A DNA stretch of 64,000 bases from Polyangiales bacterium (GTDB lineage: Bacteria; Myxococcota_A; Polyangia; Polyangiales; Polyangiaceae), in NCBI GenBank assembly GCA_038230375.1, contig JBBRNJ010000011.1, positions 1 through 64,000 on the forward strand, written 5' to 3'. Below the pieces are notes generated by a model. That model made no database searches, was not told the origin of the DNA, and saw only the letters and a program-made list of their open reading frames with translations. Position numbers and translations under genes: made by a program. Numbering within the stretch: the stretch's first letter is position 1; every line of letters begins with the position of its first letter. This document shows, piece by piece, positions 58,856-64,000 of the stretch.

Positions 58856-60058
58856 ATGAAATTGGATACAAGTTCAGAGTACGCGATCGCAGCTTCCATG
58901 GAACGACCCTCTCGAAAAAACCAGGCACGCCACTTCGACACGGGCATCGCTCGTGCGAACGTCGGCGATTGGGCCGGGGCCGAGGCCGCGTTCACCACAG
59001 CGATCGCAGCCGGGCGGATCGACTGGGAGGTCTTCGTCAGCCGCGGCAATGTTCGCCAGGAGCTCGGTCAGCTGGACGCGGCCGTCTCGGACTTCTCGCG
59101 TGCCGTGGAGCTGTCGCCCCTCGAGCTGATGCCGCGCTTCAATCGCGCCAACGCGCGCTCGCAGGCGGGTGACCTTGGCGGCGCCGTTGACGACTACACT
59201 GGCGTGCTGGAGCTCGACGCAGCGTTCTCCCGTGCGTACGAGCGTCGCGGTCTCGTGCTGCAGCGGCTCGGTCAGGACGGCGCCGCGGAGTCGGACTTCT
59301 CGCGCACCATCGAGCTGTCGCCCGATCGCGCGGAGCCGTACGCGCATCGTGCGGCGCTCCGTGCGCTCCGTGGCGCGCTCGAGGACGCCCTCCGCGATTG
59401 TCAGCGCGCGCTCTCCCTGATGCCCGCGCATGGCAAGCAGCGAGACGCCACCACGCGCCTCATGAAGACCCTCGAGCGCGCCGCCGATGCCGGCGTGGCT
59501 GGCTCTGCGCCACCGCCGTCGCAGGTTCGCTCGCGCTCCGCATTCCCGAAGGTGCAGCTCGAGAAGCGCCGCACCCACGGCTCCGTGGTGCCCGGCGGCG
59601 ATGCGCTGGCCGTCATCGAGCGCCTGTTCCGCAAGCAGAAGGTCGCGCACACGGCAGAGAGCCTGGGAGATCCGCTCGGCACCGTTCGCTTCAGCGCGGG
59701 GCCCGAGGAGATCACGGGCGTCGAGGAGGTCGCGGTGGAGCTCCTGTCCGCGGAGAGCCGCCTCATCCTCTACCTGCTCGTCCTGGGGAAGCCGAAGACA
59801 GCGGCGCGCCGCGAGGTCATCGAGTTCGTCACGCGCGCCAACGCGGGGCTCGTGTCCGGCAACTACGAATACTCGCACGACGAGAACCGCGTGCGCTTCA
59901 AGACGTCGCTCGATTTCCGCGGAAAGAAGCTGTCGTTCATCCTGACGGAGAACCTGTGGCTGCACGCGTTCGAGGCCCACGCGGCTTACGACGAGGCGCT
60001 GCGCGCGGTCTTCCGCCGTGAGACCAACGCGAAGGAAGCCATCGCGGCCTGTGAGTGA
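58856..60058 (+). CDS. TPR protein with C-terminal YbjN-like domain
   Basis: N-terminal TPRs; EFVTRANAGLVSGNYE...RFKTSLD. Confidence 0.75.
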   Translation: MKLDTSSEYAIAASMERPSRKNQARHFDTGIARANVGDWAGAEAAFTTAIAAGRIDWEVFVSRGNVRQELGQLDAAVSDFSRAVELSPLELMPRFNRANARSQAGDLGGAVDDYTGVLELDAAFSRAYERRGLVLQRLGQDGAAESDFSRTIELSPDRAEPYAHRAALRALRGALEDALRDCQRALSLMPAHGKQRDATTRLMKTLERAADAGVAGSAPPPSQVRSRSAFPKVQLEKRRTHGSVVPGGDALAVIERLFRKQKVAHTAESLGDPLGTVRFSAGPEEITGVEEVAVELLSAESRLILYLLVLGKPKTAARREVIEFVTRANAGLVSGNYEYSHDENRVRFKTSLDFRGKKLSFILTENLWLHAFEAHAAYDEALRAVFRRETNAKEAIAACE

Positions 60059-60395
60059 CGGCTGCGTGCACTGCGGTGCGTGCTGCTTCTCCCACGCGGC
60101 GGAGTACGTGGCCGTCACGGGTGACGACTGGGCGCGGCTTGGTGAGCGCGCGGACGCGGTCGCCCACTTCATCGGCAACAAGGCGTTCATGCGAATGCAC
60201 GACGGCCATTGCGTCGCGCTGCGTGTGATGCCGGAGGGGGCGTTCCTGTGCGACATCTATGAGGAGAGGCCCAGCACCTGCCGCGACCTGGCGGAGAGCT
60301 CGCGCGCGTGCGAGGGCGAGCGCACAACGAAGGGCGAACGGCCCGGGCAGGCGCTGATCGCGCTACGTCGCTCGCGTGGGGAGGCTGCCCCCTGA
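60051..60395 (+). CDS. YkgJ-like Cys-cluster protein
   Basis: CVHCGACC, HCVAL, CDIYEERPSTCR. Confidence 0.85.
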   Translation: MSDGCVHCGACCFSHAAEYVAVTGDDWARLGERADAVAHFIGNKAFMRMHDGHCVALRVMPEGAFLCDIYEERPSTCRDLAESSRACEGERTTKGERPGQALIALRRSRGEAAP

Positions 60396-61255
60396 GCTCC
60401 GCGCCCTCACCGCTGTGGTCGCGCGCCGCGCTCGGATTGCTCGTCGCGTTGCCGTGGGGGTGCGTGCCGGGCTACGAGCGCGAGCCCACGACGCCCGCTG
60501 CGCTGGAGTCTCCTGCGGCTGTCCCCACGTGGGACGTCACCCCGCAGACGATCGCGACGGAAGACGGGCCACGCCAGTTCATCGTGAGTCGCCCGCGGGC
60601 GCGAGGAGGGCCATGGCCCGTCGTGCTGGTGCTGCATGGTGGCGGCATGAACGGCGCGGCGATGCGGGCCTATGCCGACCTCGAGACGCGCGCGGGTCAA
60701 CCTGCGATCTTCGCCTACCCCGATGCCGTCGTGCGCAACGTCTGGGCCGACGAGTACGCGCTGCACTGGGACGGCACGCGCGATCTGTCGTTCATGGATG
60801 CGCTCGTGCGCTCACTCACGGAGGCACGACCGGGCGGCGCGCAGGGCGACGCGAAGCGCGTGTATGCGTTCGGCCTGTCATCCGGTGCATACTTCGCCAA
60901 CCAGCTCGCGTGTGCGTGGGGCAAGCGGCTCGACGGATTTGTCGCGGTCGAGGGCGGCGGTCCGTACGGCGACTGCAGCGGCCCGGTGAACGCCCTGATC
61001 GTCCACGATCCGGCGGACCCGGTGGTGCCCGCGTCGGAGGGCAAGGAGTCGTTCACGCGATGGCTCGCGCAGGATCGGTGCGCCGCACTGGAGCAGCCAT
61101 GGTCCCCCGCAGGCGCTCACGAGGTCGGAGATATCATGTGTAAACTACATGCATGTGCGGAGGGTGCGCGGGTTGCCACGTGCAGTCCAACGGCTGGCGT
61201 CCACGGCATCGGCCCACGCGTGCGCGAGGCGTCGCTCCGTTTTTTTGGCCTCTGA
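60392..61255 (+). CDS. PHB-depolymerase/LpqC-like esterase lipoprotein (start uncertain)
   Basis: VLVLHG, AYPDA, DLSFMDAL, GLSSGA, DPVVP. Confidence 0.8.
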   Translation: MSSAPSPLWSRAALGLLVALPWGCVPGYEREPTTPAALESPAAVPTWDVTPQTIATEDGPRQFIVSRPRARGGPWPVVLVLHGGGMNGAAMRAYADLETRAGQPAIFAYPDAVVRNVWADEYALHWDGTRDLSFMDALVRSLTEARPGGAQGDAKRVYAFGLSSGAYFANQLACAWGKRLDGFVAVEGGGPYGDCSGPVNALIVHDPADPVVPASEGKESFTRWLAQDRCAALEQPWSPAGAHEVGDIMCKLHACAEGARVATCSPTAGVHGIGPRVREASLRFFGL

Positions 61256-61296
61256 TCAGGAGTCCCGGCCAAGCCGGCTCATCCGGCTAAGCCGGC

Positions 61297-62262
61297 TCAT
61301 CCGCGAAGCAGATCTTCCCAGTGCTGCGGCAACACGGCGCGCTCCGCTGCGGGCAGGTCGGGGAGCGGCTTCTCCAGCTCTGCTGCGGTGACGGTGCGCT
61401 CACAGAGGTCGAAGCCGACGGCCGTCTGCAGGCCCAGCACCAGCTCGTGGACCACGGGCCACCGGGCGTCTGGCTCGCGCTGGAGCGCCGCGTGGACCAC
61501 GCGCGCGAGCGCAGGGGGAACGGCAGGCGCATGGTCCTGGAGCGCGGGCACCGTGCCGCCCTTCTTCACCAGGAACGCCATGAATGTGCCGGACGCCGTG
61601 AACGCCGGCACGCCCGCGAGCAGGTGATAGAGCACCATGCCCAAACTCCACACGTCCGCCCGCGCATCCACGCCCTTGGGGCTCACGGCCTGCTCGGGCG
61701 CGATGTAGTGCAGCGTGCCCATGATCGCGCCAGACCGCGTGATGCTCTTCTCGTCACCCTTTGCGAGCCCGAAGTCGGCGACGAGCACGGTGATCTGCCC
61801 GTCCGGCGCGACCTCCAGGAACAGGTTCGACGGCTTGATGTCGCGGTGAACGATGCCCTTGTCGTTGGCGGCCGCGACCCCACGGCAGGCCTGCACCATG
61901 AGCGGCACCGCGACCTCCACGGTCATGCGGCCGTGACGCGCGAGCTCCATGGCCAGGTCGCCCTTCTCGTAGAGCGGCATCGTATAGAAGTGGACGGCAA
62001 GGTCGTCGTCGCTGCCGTGATCCAGGATGGGCACCACGTTCGGATGCGTGATGCTCGCGCTCAGGACGATCTCGCGGCGGAAGCGCTCGCGGCTCTCCTG
62101 GTCTTCGTGCACCAGCACCTTGAGCGCGACCGTGGCTCCGTCGCGCGCGTCGGTCGCCGCATAGACCGCGCCCATGGCACCCACGCCGACGACACGGAGG
62201 AGCGTGTAGCGGCCGGCGATCAACTTGCCGAGGTGGTCGCTGGGTTCGGGGCCGAAGCTCAT
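61297..62262 (-). CDS. Ser/Thr protein kinase
   Basis: GVGAMG, HRDIKPSN, DFG, GTLHYIAPE, DVWSLG; GAGGAG SD. Confidence 0.93.
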   Translation of the reverse strand: MSFGPEPSDHLGKLIAGRYTLLRVVGVGAMGAVYAATDARDGATVALKVLVHEDQESRERFRREIVLSASITHPNVVPILDHGSDDDLAVHFYTMPLYEKGDLAMELARHGRMTVEVAVPLMVQACRGVAAANDKGIVHRDIKPSNLFLEVAPDGQITVLVADFGLAKGDEKSITRSGAIMGTLHYIAPEQAVSPKGVDARADVWSLGMVLYHLLAGVPAFTASGTFMAFLVKKGGTVPALQDHAPAVPPALARVVHAALQREPDARWPVVHELVLGLQTAVGFDLCERTVTAAELEKPLPDLPAAERAVLPQHWEDLLRG

Positions 62263-62337
62263 CTCCTCTCTGTCGTCATACACGGGAACGGCCCCTTTCC
62301 CAACCGCAGAGGCGCTATATATAGTCGGATCCTCGAC

Positions 62338-63534
62338 ATGGATCCGAACCTCCGAGAGCTCGCCGACATCATCGTTCGCTGGATACACGTGATCGCGGGG
62401 ATCATGTGGGTCGGCAACTCGATGCTCTTCAACTGGCTCGATCGCAATCTCGAGCAGCGCAAGGGCCTCTCGCCGAAGTCGTTCGGTGAGATCTGGATGC
62501 TCCACAGCGGCGCGTACTACCAGGTCGAGAAGAAGATGCTGCGGCCGGAGGAGTATCCAAAGATCCTCCACTGGTTCAAGTGGCAGAGCTACACGACATG
62601 GCTCTCGGGTATCTCGCTCCTGCTGATCGTCTATTACGCGAGCGGTGGCGGCTCGTACCTGGTGGATACGAACGTCTCGAAGATCAGCCCGGACTTCGCG
62701 ATGGACTTCGGGCTGGGCACCGTCTTCGGTGGGTTCATCGTCTACGACGTGATCTGGCGGGTCCTCGGAAAGCGCGCCGAGAAGCTCGCGACTGCGCTCA
62801 CCGTGGCGCTCGTGGCGGCGGCAGTGTGGTTCGTTCCGCACGTGCTGGAAGGTCGCTCCGCCTTCATCCACGTGGGCGCGATGCTCGGCACCATCATGGC
62901 CGGCAACGTGTTCCTGCACATCGTTCCGTCGCAGCGCGAGCTCGTGGCGGCGACGCAGAAGGGAAGCGCGTCCGACCTCTCGCTGTCGAAGCACGCCAAG
63001 CAGCGCAGCATCCACAACAACTACTTCACGTTCCCGCTGATCTTCTTGATGGTGTCGAATCACTTCCCGTCGACCTTCAGCGGGAAGTATTCGTCGGTCG
63101 TGCTCGCGGTGTTCATCGTGAGCGGCGCGCTCATCCGCCACTTCATGAACATCCGGTTCACGTGGAAGCCGGCGCTCGCGTACCTGGGTGTGACGGCGGT
63201 CGTTTCCGCATGCACGATCTTCTTCCTTGTCCGCGTGCCGAAGGCGGAGGCCACGGCGGTGCCGCGCGAGAAGATCGCGTTCTCGCGCGTGGAGCTCGTG
63301 ATGCAGACGCGCTGCGTGCCATGTCACTCGCACAAGCCGTCGGACCCCAGCCTGATGGCGCCGCCGAACGGCGTCATGTTCGAGACGCCGGAGCAGATCA
63401 AGGGCTACGTGGACAAGATCAAGCTACGCGCGGTCATGTCGAAGAACATGCCGCAGGGCAACAAGACGAACATGACGGAAGAGGAGAGAGACCTCCTCGG
63501 CAAGTGGATCCTGGGCGGCGCGAATATCGACTGA
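62338..63534 (+). CDS. puuD: Urate hydroxylase PuuD-like membrane protein with C-terminal cytochrome c
   Basis: RWIHVIAGIMWVG, LHWFKWQSYTTWLSG, RSIHNNYFT, CVPCH. Confidence 0.88.
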   Translation: MDPNLRELADIIVRWIHVIAGIMWVGNSMLFNWLDRNLEQRKGLSPKSFGEIWMLHSGAYYQVEKKMLRPEEYPKILHWFKWQSYTTWLSGISLLLIVYYASGGGSYLVDTNVSKISPDFAMDFGLGTVFGGFIVYDVIWRVLGKRAEKLATALTVALVAAAVWFVPHVLEGRSAFIHVGAMLGTIMAGNVFLHIVPSQRELVAATQKGSASDLSLSKHAKQRSIHNNYFTFPLIFLMVSNHFPSTFSGKYSSVVLAVFIVSGALIRHFMNIRFTWKPALAYLGVTAVVSACTIFFLVRVPKAEATAVPREKIAFSRVELVMQTRCVPCHSHKPSDPSLMAPPNGVMFETPEQIKGYVDKIKLRAVMSKNMPQGNKTNMTEEERDLLGKWILGGANID

Positions 63535-63642
63535 GGAAGTCGAGGTCGAGGTCGAAGTCGAGGTCGAGGTCGAGGTCGAAGTCGAAGTCGAGGTCGAGGT
63601 CGAGGTCGAGGTCGAGGTCGAGGTCGAGGTCGAGGTCGTTGT
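63535..63642. repeat. (GTCGAG)n tandem repeat 3, intergenic
   Basis: Directly visible just after the puuD stop. Confidence 0.92.
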
Positions 63643-63821
63643 CGCGTCCGACTGCCCATTTTTGTCACCCGGCAAAACGTGGGCCTGCCCCCTTGCACGC
63701 ATCGATCGGGTGATTATTTCCTGTGGTGTCGACCGGGTTGACGCGCCTCGTGAGCCCCGGTGGATCCAGTCCCGACACCATCGCGGTCCCCCCATGGGGA
63801 TCGCAAGAAGGAGACACGTCC

Positions 63822-64000
63822 ATGTCCATGCAGAGCCTGTTCTACGACTTCGGTGAGTTCGGTCAGCCGTTTCGCGCGTTCGATCTCCTTGCCAAGGAGA
63901 TGACGCGCTTTGCTGCCCCCGACGGGGTGACGCAGAAGCTCGATCGCGCAGAGCCGCGCAAGCCGCGCGCGCCTGGGGTCTTTCCTGAAGTGGAGGCATG
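63822..64000 (+). CDS. 5' part of a gene truncated by the window end, possibly Hsp20
   Basis: AAGGAG SD then MSMQSLFYDFGEFGQPFRAFDLLAKEMTRF...FPEVEA, open to the window end; resembles small heat-shock protein N-termini. Confidence 0.5.
   Translation, partial: MSMQSLFYDFGEFGQPFRAFDLLAKEMTRFAAPDGVTQKLDRAEPRKPRAPGVFPEVEA

Noticed and set aside
61271..61303. Direct repeat AAGCCGGCTCATCCG at the kinase stop
   Set aside because: Small local duplication between convergent genes, too short to interpret
61321..63333. Apparent long overlap of the 737 aa plus and 678 aa minus ORFs
   Set aside because: Real genes are the divergent kinase (start 62262) and puuD-like gene (start 62338); the extensions are mutual shadows

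Overview
High-GC bacterial chromosomal window; the gene content (many lipoproteins, two eukaryotic-like Ser/Thr kinases, STAND-TPR, SET domain) suggests a myxobacterium, by inference. It holds about 57 real CDS; most long overlapping ORFs in the track are antisense or off-frame shadows. I found no rRNA, CRISPR array, integrase or transposase. All family assignments are motif recognition by eye, not database searches. Main points of interest: (1) a ~14 kb cluster (32.5-46.1 kb) of four ATP-grasp proteins, a glutamate-cysteine-ligase-like/CBS fusion, S51-like and M14/AstE-like peptidases and two esterases around glgA, with glgA and the main operon separated by a 46 bp spacer containing a palindrome; (2) a tRNA cloverleaf with several non-canonical conserved positions (8195-8266, minus) ending 3 nt before the ATG of a 780 aa uncharacterised protein; (3) a coupled operon of a GH18 lipoprotein, a glutathionylspermidine-synthase-like ligase and a Gly-rich-tail protein; (4) three (GTCGAG)n tracts, two recruited into coding sequence; (5) two related triloop-hairpin arrays; (6) repeated -10-like hexamers 7-9 nt before start codons, suggesting frequent leaderless mRNAs.
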